DNA of 62,683 nucleotides, counting the filler, from Atractiella rhizophila (Eukaryota): assembly GCA_021432655.1 (NCBI GenBank). It is 4 parts of 4 records of this genome, joined end to end, with 100 filler letters (N's around TTAATTAATTAA, not from the genome) between each part and the next. Parts side by side here need not be neighbours in the genome. Positions count along the whole stretch, not along the records: positions 29,433 to 58,675 come from MU271723.1; positions 58,776 to 61,367 come from MU271838.1; positions 61,468 to 62,683 come from MU271839.1; 1 more part is not named here. The stretch is one strand, 5' to 3'. A program made the translations under genes and the position numbers. The first letter of the stretch is position 1. Each line of letters begins with the position of its first letter. Of this stretch, positions 50,687 through 62,683 are shown piece after piece. The notes below the pieces were generated by a model that saw only the letters and a list, made by a program, of their open reading frames with translations, made no database searches and was not told where the DNA came from.

Positions 50687-53600
50687 ATGTCAGATCCGCC
50701 GCTCAGTGATGTGCAAGGGGAAATTACATCCACCGCACGTCGCCTTGTCCGCACTTTCCCAGTCGCACCTGGTTCCACGCCTGTCACTCATATTGTCCAA
50801 CACCTCGCCGCACCTCATAATCTGTATCCGCTTCCGTCGGGGTTCAGAGTCAGTAGGAATGGAGCGAATGGACTCACGGTCGGCGATTATCTGAATGCTC
50901 AAGGAGCAGAACAGGAGGATTTGATGAGAAGAGCGGTTGGAGCTCTGCAGGGGACTGATTGGTGCGTTTTCTGAAATTCAAGTCATAAGATGGATAGGAA
51001 TAGATTCTCTTTTGTATTGAATACGTTGCGTTCAACTTTCTTGGTTGGAACATGAATTGCCGCAAAAAGACCATGCAGACGCGTTGCCAAAGTCGCGTCA
51101 CGTTCTGTATCTCTTTCAGCCGACATCGTTGTATAGGTCTCACTGAGGCTGATATCTGTAGAGTATCTGGAGCTTACGTTATTGATTAACGTGAAGCACT
51201 TATTGTTCAATAACGAAGCTGGAGAACAGATTTACCGAAGTCTGCCCATGCACTTGCTTTGTAGTCACTTAGAGATAAACGGAATAAAGAATCGCAAAAG
51301 ACTCAGAATGTTCTTATTTGGTTTCATATGTCACATCGATTATTTGTAATTATATGTGGATCATTGTGTTGAAACATGAGTCTTTCCTGGCGGAAGCAAA
51401 TTTGTTTGCGTGTTGATGAATGTGAGGTGCGCAAGTTTGAATCAGTGAAGAAAGTACCTGGGCGATACCTGTAATCACTTATGCCCAGCATTCCCTATAC
51501 TTTCTCGGGTTTTCATTCTCCTCTTCCTGGACCGGTAAATAGAGGAAAGTTTCACTGACACGCCTGCAATAGTCCAATTCGGTCAATTCCCTCCCCGTAC
51601 GCTCTTCCCAACGATCAGCCGTTTCCAACACCGCGATCACTCTCATTTCCAAGCATGCCCAATCTCTCAGCGCGAGTCATGACGGCTCTAAACCCCCATC
51701 CTCCTGCACGACCTCAATCCGACACGAGTGCTCCTCCTGCCTTCCAAATATGGTACGGTGAGCGGGATGTAGCGCAGCAACGCGCAAAAGCGTCGAGCGA
51801 CTTTGATCAATTTCTGGAACGATCCTTAAAACAACGGGAGAAAGAACTGGAGGCTATGCAGATATCTGAAGACATAGGACGGTTTACTTCCCCATCAAAG
51901 TCGCCGTCCACACTTCTACATCCCTTTTCCGCTTCTTCTGCTCTCAGAACACCTCCAGCACTCAGCTCTCCCGACCCTCTCGGCTTTGGAGCCTCCTCTG
52001 GTCCTTCTGCACTCGGCAAGCGGAAGTCTACTTCTGATATCAATCCCAGCCCATCCAAGCGTCAGACTTTTAGCCTTGAAATCCCAATCAGGCCGTCTCC
52101 TCCGACTACCCCTAGGCAGTTCCCAAATGGACGCCCGCATAAAAGCGTTTCATCCCCAAGCGTGCGAGGGACTTTTCCAGTGATCAAGCCGTCGATGCTC
52201 GATGGGGAGTTGAGTAGGAAGAAGGGGGAAATGATGGACTTGGACGAGGAGGGAGGTGCTGAGTCTGTCCAGCACAGCTACCAACTTCCTTCGACTGGCG
52301 CAAGTTATGCCAACGGGGGTGGGCCCACCAACGAACGACTGGAAAAATTTCAAGATACATTGGACGATATTTTTGAGGCCGAGAACTTCCTTGCTTCTGA
52401 CGAGGGATATGCAGAGAGGGCGACAAATTTTTTTGCTGGGACGGAGAAGGATTCTAGGCTCAAAATGAAGGTCGTGAATAAGTTGGATTTGGAGATACGA
52501 GCCACGGAGAAGAAAGGAAGTGTTGCATCCATTGGTGACACAGTGGAAGTCGGCATTCTCCAACGACTTCTGAAGATTCTGGAGAGGAGCGCGTCCTTAA
52601 TTGAGGAAATTGATGTCGTACCACAGGACGTCCTGTTGGGAAAGCGGGTTGTGACTGGGGTAGAGGAAAAGAAGGGCAAAGGGAAAAAGAAGAGCGAGGG
52701 GGTTAATGAAGAGGAAGGATGGTCAGATCAGCAGCAGATTCATGTCGAAGCGGAGTTGGCCAAAGTTCTTGAAGGACTCAGCGCCATCCAATGCCAATTC
52801 TCACTCATGACTACAAGTAGATTTCCGCGATTAGCGCTTTCCGAGGATGGCATAAACGCTGCTTTGAGAGCACTCAAAAAGGTGCTTGAAGATGTGGTGT
52901 ACCCATTCGTTGAAGCTAGCAATACAGGTATGCCCTCTGCCTTGGTAACACTCATTAACAATGCAGCAGAGCGTCATCCTGCTCTTGACCAACCAATAAA
53001 ACGCTCCGCATCGGCCAAATCGCTCGCCGACATCCTGCAAGCTATTTCGTCCATCATCCCGTCTCTCACAACCTTGCTTACAACCCAAGAAATGTCGGAA
53101 GAAATAGTAGTTCCAGCCGTCTTCATTGCCATAGGTCCATTCTTTGTCGAGTCTGCAGCACCCGGCACCAAAACGAAAACGAAGGAGCCTTTTGGTGCGA
53201 CTGCTTTGAGGTCTATCCGACTGTCAGCACTTTTACTTCTCCGGACGGTGAGCGACATGGATTGTTTGACCATTGGAATAACAGTATATTAGATCTATAG
53301 CAAGAGGGAGGATCAGCGTCAGCTCATCATGGAAGAAATCCTCGGTTCGTTGATCAAACTACCGGACCCCAGAAAAGGAAAGGGGCAGTTCAGGTTTATC
53401 CTCACGGTTCAACGTTAGTCGTCCCGAAGCTAACGGCTGAACAGGTTACGAAATGGACGCTCCATCCATACTGTATCCGCACTCCTCCTACATCTAGTTC
53501 AAACTTGTTCTCCAGATGTGTTTCCTTCGTTGAAGAGAACGTTCGAGAAACCTGCACAGGAGGAAGTGGGAGCGGATACAACACCAACCAAGTCCAAACA

Positions 53601-56600
53601 GATTCCACTCGTGAACGAGGATCAACTAATGGTCAGCGCGGGTTTATTGCAATCCTTAATCTGTGGCTGATTGTTTGAACATTATTAGCACACAGCTGCT
53701 CAGAAGATTTTGAGCCCGGTGTCAGAATCAGCGAGCAGGTCTGCTCGATCGATAGTTATGTATCTCCTGAACAAGTGGGTTCATATCACTATTTAGGATG
53801 CACATTGACGTTTAGCCTAGATCTGGAAAAGGTGGTAAGGCCACAAATTCAAACGAGACGGAATATCGCGCCGTTCTCGATAACTTCGTCGCAGACCTCC
53901 TCACCGTGCTGCACCTTCCTGAGTGGCCAGCAGCGGATTTCGTTCTTACCTTATTCTGCAGATCTATGGTTCACTACTATCCTTGTCTATTTGGCATTTG
54001 CTGAAACCAACACACAGATAGCAGCACTGGAAGACACACGCACTTCAGCGGATATTACCGCTGCAAAAACGATCAGCTTGGACCACCTCGGTGCTATTGG
54101 GGCTAGGATACGGCAGAATGTAAAGGAACGAGCTGCCCCGCCGTTCGACCAGTTAACAAAAGTGAGTTCTCAATGTTACGCTCTATATCGGTTAATCAAT
54201 CGAGCTCGACTCTAGATCGTTTCTGATCAAGACACCGACACTTTCTCCCGTCTGGTAAGAGATCAAAAGGATATTATGCGTCATCTCTTCCACTTGTCCA
54301 GAACCGAACCAGGAACAGAGGTGAGAAGCTTGACTCCTTTGTTACCTGCAACTCTGACGCTGAACAGACTGCCGCTGTTTTTCTCGCTGTACATTGGGGA
54401 CAAGATATTTATCACGCTTGGAAGGCTTCATCGTCGATGCTAGAGACCTATTTGCCAGAAGACCAAAACTGCTCAGAGGAGTTTATAAAAGCACAATCCC
54501 TCAACAAGATGCTCCAAGAGGAGTTCGAGAGGTTCTGGGACTTGCCAGACGAGAAAGATCCATTTGGTCCTACGTTGGTTAACCTTTTGTCTCAATAATG
54601 GCGCTTGACTTGTGCTAGTGACTCCGATGAGGACGACCGGCTTCAGGATATAGTGGATCGAATTTCGCAGATTCAGGGGGTACGACTGCTCAAAGATCCC
54701 TTGCTAGATCACGTCCTTCAGGCATCAGATTCCACTGTTGTCACCTTCCGCACAAAAGCTCTTCGAGCGTTAGCTCAAATCGTTGCAGTTGACCCGGAAC
54801 TTTTTGTGCAGGTTAGTTCTCTCTAAACTTTGCGACTTGATCGGTCATGCGTGATGCAGCCCAACGTGAGAAAAACCATTGAGAGTCGGGTGAAAGACAG
54901 CTCGCCAGCTGTTCGAGATGCTGCTATTGAGCTTGTCGGAAAATATATTGTTCAGAAACCCGAGCTGTCACAGCAATACCTCGCCCTGATCAGCGAGCGA
55001 ATAGCAGTATGGCTCTTTGCTGATCTCGCTTTCGCTCCTAATTTTTGTGGTAGGACACCGGACTAAGCGTCCGCAAAAGGGTGGTCAAACTTCTCAAGAC
55101 CCTCTATATTCAGCTTCCTACGACTGAAACACGAGCTGAAATTAGTAAACGACTTCTTAGCCGTGTGATGGATGAAGACGACAATGTGAAGGTATGACAA
55201 ATCTATGCAGTTTAGTGAAGATATTTGAACTGCGCTTCAGGAAAGTGCCATGCAAGCTGTCGAAGAGCTTTGGTTCAATAAAAGTTCGAAGGCGTAAGCT
55301 GCAATATGATTTCTGGGTCGTCTTGCTGACTTACCGCAAGTGACGCGGCAGAAATATCGTCGAGAGCAGCGGTCCTCATGGCTGTGGCAGGAACCTCGCC
55401 TTTGGACGAAGCAATCAAGTTTGTAAGTCTAAGGGGCGACATTTTACGGTCTTACCATTTCACCTAGATCCTCAAGCAGAATGAAGATCAGCAGTCCCCT
55501 TATATTTTTCAAAATATACAGGCCATCTTCGAATCACTCGTTGACATGCTCGTGGACCCTCCTGATGGGACTGAAGTTGTATGCACCGCCCATTAATTTC
55601 GTCAAACTCAGAGATGCGTTCAGGATATTGTGGGATGCATGAAAACCGTCTACATTCTCACTTCGGCCAACCCGGCCATGGTATCCCCTTCTAAAGCTCA
55701 GATGTTGCTTCCGTACCTCAAAAGTGCCACGACGGTCAGTTCCGCGAGCTTCGGTACCCTCGGCTAATGGTTTAATCAGTCTGAGGATGCGGTCATTTCT
55801 GATTATCTCTTGAAGACCTTTCGCTTGTGCGTGAAAAGTATGCCAAAGAGTGCCAGCAAATTTGCACACGACCTGCAAGCGACTTTGATGCCTATGATCA
55901 ACAAGCCGTCTAACATCAACAATAACTTTCAGGTGGGATTTCATATGCATACAACGCAACCTAACTGGCTTACCATTATGTTACAGCAAGGTCTTCAGGA
56001 ACTTATTGCTTGCTTCTGCGCCGTCGTCAATTATCAAACTAAGGAGTACTCGAAGGTTATTTCAGTCTTTAAAGCTTGCAACAGTAAGTCTGTCCCATCA
56101 GAATTCATGTTGACAATGTCTCTCAGAACTTCTCATCAACGATCTCAAGAAACTCAAAGACTCCCAGAAACCTGGCAATCTCAGAAACATGCTTATGGTC
56201 ACCTTCATTGTGTCCTTCGTTTGCGAATACTCCGATCTAGATATGACCCGAAAAATAGACCTAAGTTAGTCTATTCACCCCCAAAACCTCTTATTAAACA
56301 AACTGTCGTCGTTAGCGGTCGCAGCTGAACTTGACACCATCTCAAAGGTGAGTGATGCAGGAATAAAGCTTCAATGCTCGAAACTGATAACATCATCAGA
56401 GACCCATTTCCGATCACGTCTACGATGCGCTCATGGACTTGTACTCCTGTGCCCCTGCTGTCAACTTCAAAGTTGCTGCGCTACAGTGCTTGGGTAACTC
56501 ATTTCTAAACCGTGCTTTCGTGGGCTCACTGTTGTTAGGCTACATCTTTCGATCCCATGCTTCACTCATGTTGAAACCAAAGTCTTTTGAATTGATGGAC

Positions 56601-58142
56601 GGAATCTCTAATGGTGATAAGCCCCAACTATGGGCAACTCTGCTACGAATCTTTCAGGATGTTCTCAGCTCGCAAACTATGACAAGCACAGATCAGGCTG
56701 TATCAGGTACTCCATCGTTACGGTCTAATGTGTGCTCACCGGGACTTAGATTCTGGGAAGGTTGATACTAAAGTCCTTATTGGTGACATTAGCGGCAAGG
56801 GATTCGCTGATTCGGGGTTCGTCGTGATTTAGTCCTCTTCACCGTCTTACTTTGATGCGCAGTGTTGGCTCGGCAATTGTGCAAAGATACACCCAGAGGA
56901 TTTTCCGTTCGGCTCTCTCCCACGAAGGAGGCATTCAAAGGGCAGCGATGGACGTTCTCAGCTTCACTGTGAAACAAGGCTTATGCCATCCTATATCGGT
57001 TAGTATCAAGTCCAAATCGTCTCTCTGTGCTAACCCCCATCAGTGTATGCCAACCATCGTTGCTCTGGAGTCTAGCACCGACAACACAATATCCAATCGC
57101 GCTCTTGCGTTGCATGGCCATCTCCAAAGCAAACATGCCTCCCTCATAAACACTCGCTTTCTCGAGTGCTGTCAGACAGCTTATGAGTATCAGTCATCAT
57201 TTACCGCAGATCAAGTTGTTGGTTAGCACTCATCTGGTTTCACCGAAACCTTACCTGACTTGGACACAGTAGGATACCGTGGAAGCCTGCCAACTGCGCT
57301 GCTTTCAAAATGGTGGCTAATACTGAAGGAAAAGCGGACAACCCGTCTTGATTTCATTGCCGCTCTTGTAAAAGCGTTCTTCGTCGAACCAGAGCAACCA
57401 AGATGCAGTGTCGTGAGTGATTTGACCCAAAAGAGCCACGTTTCGACCCTGACAGCCTTTCAGAAAGACTTGTTGTTTGCTCTTTTTATCGCTTCCAACA
57501 TGTCTGCACTCGAGTATAGGACACAGGAAGATGTTTTCACCGTCCTGTATCGTCTCAATCGCGCGCTGTCAACGAGTGCCTACCAAACTTTACAAGTGCT
57601 TGAGAACGATCCAAGAACTCTGAAGGAGAGTCGCACTTCGGTTCAACAAATCGATTGCGAGGCAATGAGCATATCTTCGGTACATCCTTCCGCTGATTTT
57701 GTTTCTGAAACTGATTTTTTGGCCAGACCCTCTCTCCCCTGTCCAGCCCATCCAAGTCTGTTCCATCGCAAATCAGTGTTGCACCTCCTCGTACTTTGCC
57801 GATACCTTCACTGGAGCTCTGTCGATTATCACAAATAATCATGCTGGCAATGCGACTAAAAAATCATTTGAAAGAGCTGTATGGGATATCGGAAGCGTGA
57901 GCTTGCGAGCATACCTGTAGAAGCAGAAATGACTTTGACTTAGATCTTTGCACAAGTTCCAACCAACGAAAAAGAGTCACGACAAGCCTGCGGTCAAGAA
58001 GAACGAAATCGGTTTCTTCGACTGTACGCTCCATCCTCTAGACACCCTCGAAAGCTGTATTGCACAAAGGGATCGGTACATCGAGGCTATCCAGAGCGAT
58101 GGGACGCTTGCTGAACCTGTATACGAGGAGACAGAGGAGTAG
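50687..58142 (+). CDS. SCC2: Cohesin loader Scc2/NIPBL, multi-exon
   Basis: FRLRNGRSIHTVSALLLHLVQ, DLLTVLHLPEWPAA, FRTKALRALAQIV, DSSPAVRDAAIELVGKYI, GLSVRKRVVKLLK, VKQGLCHP..CMPTIVALE. Confidence 0.95.
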
Positions 58143-59993
58143 ATGCCTTCGCGTATTTCACGTTTTATCGCTTTGTTCTTCGCAAATCATCCATCTCGTA
58201 CTCTGATTCGCAGAGAGCACACCTGTTGCATTTACCCTATAAGCATACTACACACCTTCTATTCAAAGTCAACAGTTTTGTTAACTATCTATCCTGTGCA
58301 TCATTGTGCATTTTGACTCTCTAATTTCAGCCAATGTTTCTTTGTCGTCCACTTACAAATTATATAACAGCTGCCAATGTATCTGAAATCATACGACAAA
58401 TATTGAAGCCACTAGGAGCATCAGGTCGCTAGACACGCTTTTTGACACTTGTTCGTACTCATCATATGATGATCTGATATGAGGGATAGAGTTCAAGTTT
58501 AGACTCCTTCCCCAACTCCAGTTGAGTGCGCCAGTGATTCTGCCAAGCGAGGACGAGCCGTTTATTCTTTATTTCCATAGTAGATCTCCATCCTGCTCAG
58601 GCACTTCTAGGCCATGTCGGCGTTCACATTCAGCTGGACGTTGAACATACTGTAAACATCTCACTCGATCCTCTANNNNNNNNNNNNNNNNNNNNNNNNN
58701 NNNNNNNNNNNNNNNNNNNTTAATTAATTAANNNNNNNNNNNNNNNNNNNNNNNNNNNNNNNNNNNNNNNNNNNNGCCAGCATTGCCGTGCATTTTACAA
58801 CCACTTGTTTCAATTGAAGAGCCTACGAGCCTCAGCTGGTCTTTTTTTGTAGAATTATTATGTTTTGTCAATTCCAGATAAAAAAATTCTGAAAGTCTTT
58901 CCTCACTCTAGCTCGCTATTCAGCCATTCAACTATACCAAACAGATGGGAGAATTCTCGGAAATGTTCCTGGTTACTGATGGCAGGAAATCATGTGCTCA
59001 GATGCCCCGTATTAGGCCAACTTTCAGGAAAATAATGGACAACTGAGCAACAAATACTCTTAACGATGGCGGTCGCTTGAGTCCAGGTACTTTCTCAAGT
59101 AAGCTACTTTTGATCCCGTTCTGCATTACGCCGTTGCAAATTCTTTTTCATTGTCACGCTTCCTGTTCTAGAAGGGACATCGTCGTTTTTTAAGACCCAG
59201 ACACAGTATCTGACCAACATACCACAATTGAATGCCTCCTGATAGTGAGAGATTACCGTAAAACGACGTAGATGGAAATAACAGATTCCTCAAGCGCTCT
59301 CCTTTCACGTTTCAACGTTCAAGCCCCACTTTAACGAGGGATTTGTCATTTAGTACCACAAACAAGTTAAAACATTGCAGTGCTCCAGACAGACAGGGCA
59401 GGATCATCACTCTTTCGAAGCCTCAGTCCTATTGACACGCAGCATTACTCTCCTGAGTATTTGAGAGTCTTTGGAAGAGAGAAGACTCAGTAGGTTACGT
59501 GAGTCCCTCCTCTTCCACCCCGCGGTTGCATTTTGGGTTCTAAAGCTTCTCACACATCTATTCGAGGCTTGGCCGCTCTTCATCCCGTTACCACATCAAA
59601 AGAGAAACGAACCATCCACATTATTCACATATGTATGTCTATAATTTGCAAGCTATCTATATCCCCTGCCAGCAATAGTCCCGGCCTCCTTTATGTCCCT
59701 TCCATTTCTGTTTCCGGCGGAGACCTTGGCTGGTGCTTCTAAAAGGTTCGTCGCTATTCACGGATATGAACCAACACAGGATCAACGAATGTTTACAATA
59801 GGTCTCCAAGGGTAACTTGGTTGTTGAGAGGAAGATATTCGAAGAAGCGTAATTACGTAGTCGCTCTGCTTCAAGGGTCAAACAAAACGACGATCGCACG
59901 ACCCTCAATCGACAACAAGTCCTCTCCCGATAAAGCGATAAGCCAGGGGAAGCATTGGCAGCATAGTCAAGCCTTCGATCAAGTAGACTAAAC

Positions 59994-61367
59994 ATGAATT
60001 TCTTAACCAAACTCGCTAAAGAGTTGACAGTCGACTTGCCCGAGAACTTAGAGAGGTCTATCTTTCACGTTCTGCTAGCTGCGACAAAAATGATCATGAC
60101 TGACAATTCTCTGCGTCGATTGTAGGCTGCACACCCAGGTGGTAACAACTCTGAACCCTAACCGTACGTCTTTTCTATTTCTCCAGGTAGGGATACATGC
60201 AGAAGCCTAGTTGCATTTAGACCGTCACGATGAGGAGTACGAGAAGGAGCAAGACCGGATTCGTACCGAGATCGCAGAGTCGCATCGGTTCACCTCGTTT
60301 GCGCCGGTGAGGCAGGGAAACAATGTGAAGTGGTACATCGACGGTTTGTTCTTCCTCTCTGTTCAGGAAAGGGAAGGTTGAAGTGGTCGGATGGCAGGGC
60401 ATGATTATTTCTGGGCCCTCAGCGAAATGCTGGACAGTGCCAGAGAATGTATCTTCATCCTGGATTGGTGGCTTACTCCTGAACTCGTGCGCACTGCCTA
60501 CCATCTTTGAATTAGACAGGTTGAGAATGAGGAACAGTATCTGAGACGGCCACCGGAAAAACATGAGGATTATCGGCTGGATAGGATCTTGAAGAGGAAA
60601 GCGGAACAAGGAGTAAAGGTGTACATCATCGTTTACAAAGAGGTTTGTTTTCCTCTCGCTATTTGAACTCGGTTATTTGTCTTGATCTGATGGTGTATTT
60701 TTGATCAATAGGTCACTCAAACAATGACCATGTCTTCCGCTCACACGAAACATTTCCTCGAAGATGCCCACCGCAACATAGCAGTGATGAGACACCCTGA
60801 GTCAGTCCCTCATCTCCTTTTCCTCAGACGACCCTAACGCCATGAACAAACATAGCCATATCGGGGGGGATGTGACTCTCTACTGGTCTCACCATGAGAA
60901 AGTGGTGGTTGTGGATAACATCATGGCCTGCATTGGTGGGCTCGACATTTGTTTCGGACGATGGGACACCCACTCTTTGTTCGTCATTACTTACTTTCCC
61001 TCCATCCGTCTTGACTTCTGATATGTGATGAACAGCCCAATGTCGGACATTCACCCCTTCGATTTCTCCCTCACACTCTTCCCTGGCCAAGATTACAACA
61101 ATGCCCGTATCCAGGACTTCCAGAATGTGGATAAGTGGGCAAGCAACCAGCAGAGTAGGACGGAGATCGGGAGGATGCCTTGGCATGGTTTGTCGTCTTC
61201 CCCTACTCTTTACGAATGATGATGACAAGGTGGTTGTAGACACGCATATGACGGTTCGTTCTCCCAATTTTCTTTCTCACAGAGAAATCATGCTGATGGC
61301 ATATTCAGATGGTAGGACCCATTGTGATGGACATTGCTCAACATTACGTCGAGCGTTGGAACTTCGT
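59994..61367 (+). CDS. Phospholipase D, 5' part, truncated by gap
   Basis: HRFTSFAP..VKWYIDG, FILDWWLTPE, LRRPP..RLDRILKRKAEQGVKVYIIVYKE; HKD motif WSHHEKVVVVD..GGLDICFGRWDT. Confidence 0.93.
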
Positions 61368-62683
61368 NNNNNNNNNNNNNNNNNNNNNNNNNNNNNNNNN
61401 NNNNNNNNNNNTTAATTAATTAANNNNNNNNNNNNNNNNNNNNNNNNNNNNNNNNNNNNNNNNNNNNTCTTTCTGGGCAGATCAGAGACGAGGACCAAAC
61501 CGTTATCCACCGCTGGACGTCCTTCACAACTCGGCACTGCATCTGTGATGGCGTCGTCAATAAGAGACTGGTGAAGTAAGAGGGGAACGGAATGCCGCAT
61601 TTGATCACCATGCAGAATCACGGATCTCGTCCGTTGTCAGTTAAGGGAAACAAGTTACTCGGCTCATGGCGTTGACATGGTCCCTGACAAAAAAAAACAA
61701 CATATTCAGCGAGCGCCGTAAAGTCACATCATTGCTAACAGACAATGTATCACTCGCCGATAGTAATCCGAGAGCAGTTAAGTTGCCAATAGCATTTGCC
61801 TGTAGCCTCCTTGGAGAAGAAGATCACGACTATGGACTTGTTGTCGTCGTAGGATACTTAATCACGATTCTACAGCAATGCCAGATGATGATGGTCAAGA
61901 TTCTCATAAAACGCTCTGCAAAACAGAATTAAATCCTCCGAGTTAGATAGACTGGACAGATTTTTATTGATGTTCTTTGAGAGACATCAGGTTTGCTGCA
62001 CTCAAGCTGGTTGTCAACGTTCCGGGCGGATGTGTGGCTTACACCCAATCTCAGATGTCGCGTCAAGCATTGTAAAGTCCACCCTCGAGTCCCTCGCTAC
62101 AGTAAAGGTACTTTTGCTGCTTTAACTCTTCACTTCCCACCATCTTCTCCTTCCCTTCCACCGCCTCGGGGACGATTGTGCTCGCCATCTTTAGTTCGCT
62201 TTCGCGCCGAAATTTTGCTGCTGGTGAGTGTCACTTGTTGCTACATTAAATTCCTCCGTATCTTTTCTCCCTAGGTGCTCTATTGGTTTCGTTAAACCTG
62301 GGAGGAGATCTTTAAGAGATGCACCGAGGTTTGGCAGGACAACCCTCAAATATAGGCCGCTGTTATTGTCCAGATATTCTCCTGATTGATGAACATAGTA
62401 GCAGACGGCTTACCTGAGTTTTCTGCCACTTTCAGGACGCAGTGGTCCTTTTGCTTACTTGATATCAAATTCATTGGCGTTCAGTGCTTCCGGCAGTGGT
62501 TAGTTTCAAGCGGTAGGTGTGACAATCACTTGCTCTTAATCTTCTACCATGTCGCTTCCAATGGGGTTGCAACTGTTTCAGCTGTTATGATACGACAGTC
62601 TGGATAGAATAGATGAGGAGGTGGGACGAGATTTAAAGAGGTGCCAGGTTCGCGTCCAGTCGTGTTCCGTTTCCTTCATTCAA

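Noticed and set aside
58775..62683. Possible further mirrored segments beside the other gaps
   Set aside because: The PLD, protease and LRR flanks read normally, and I recognised no motif in the remaining flanks by eye; a computational scan is still worthwhile.

Overview
Eukaryotic fungal DNA, basidiomycete-like by inference from ~50-60 nt GT-AG introns and gene content. It is a draft scaffold with four N gaps, three of which carry an artificial TTAATTAATTAA linker. The left ~29 kb is dominated by transposon debris and pseudogenes: a LINE, a Ty3/Gypsy pol, TAGAG-ended TIR elements, a CACTA/CMC-like transposase fragment, satellite-bearing repeats, CLF1 and Clr2-like copies, three copies of an LRR-like family, and an intact-looking fungal protein kinase. 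The right ~33 kb is a dense housekeeping block: aspartic protease, RAD57-like, MET1, PRE9, PNP1, Lon/PIM1, glutathione peroxidase, SCC2, phospholipase D and several hypothetical genes. The most unusual observation is at 2828-3802. This segment encodes the LINE reverse transcriptase only when read backwards without complementing, so it is invisible to six-frame translation. It is most likely a gap-filling artefact and should be checked against raw reads. All motif and family calls were made by eye; no searches were run.
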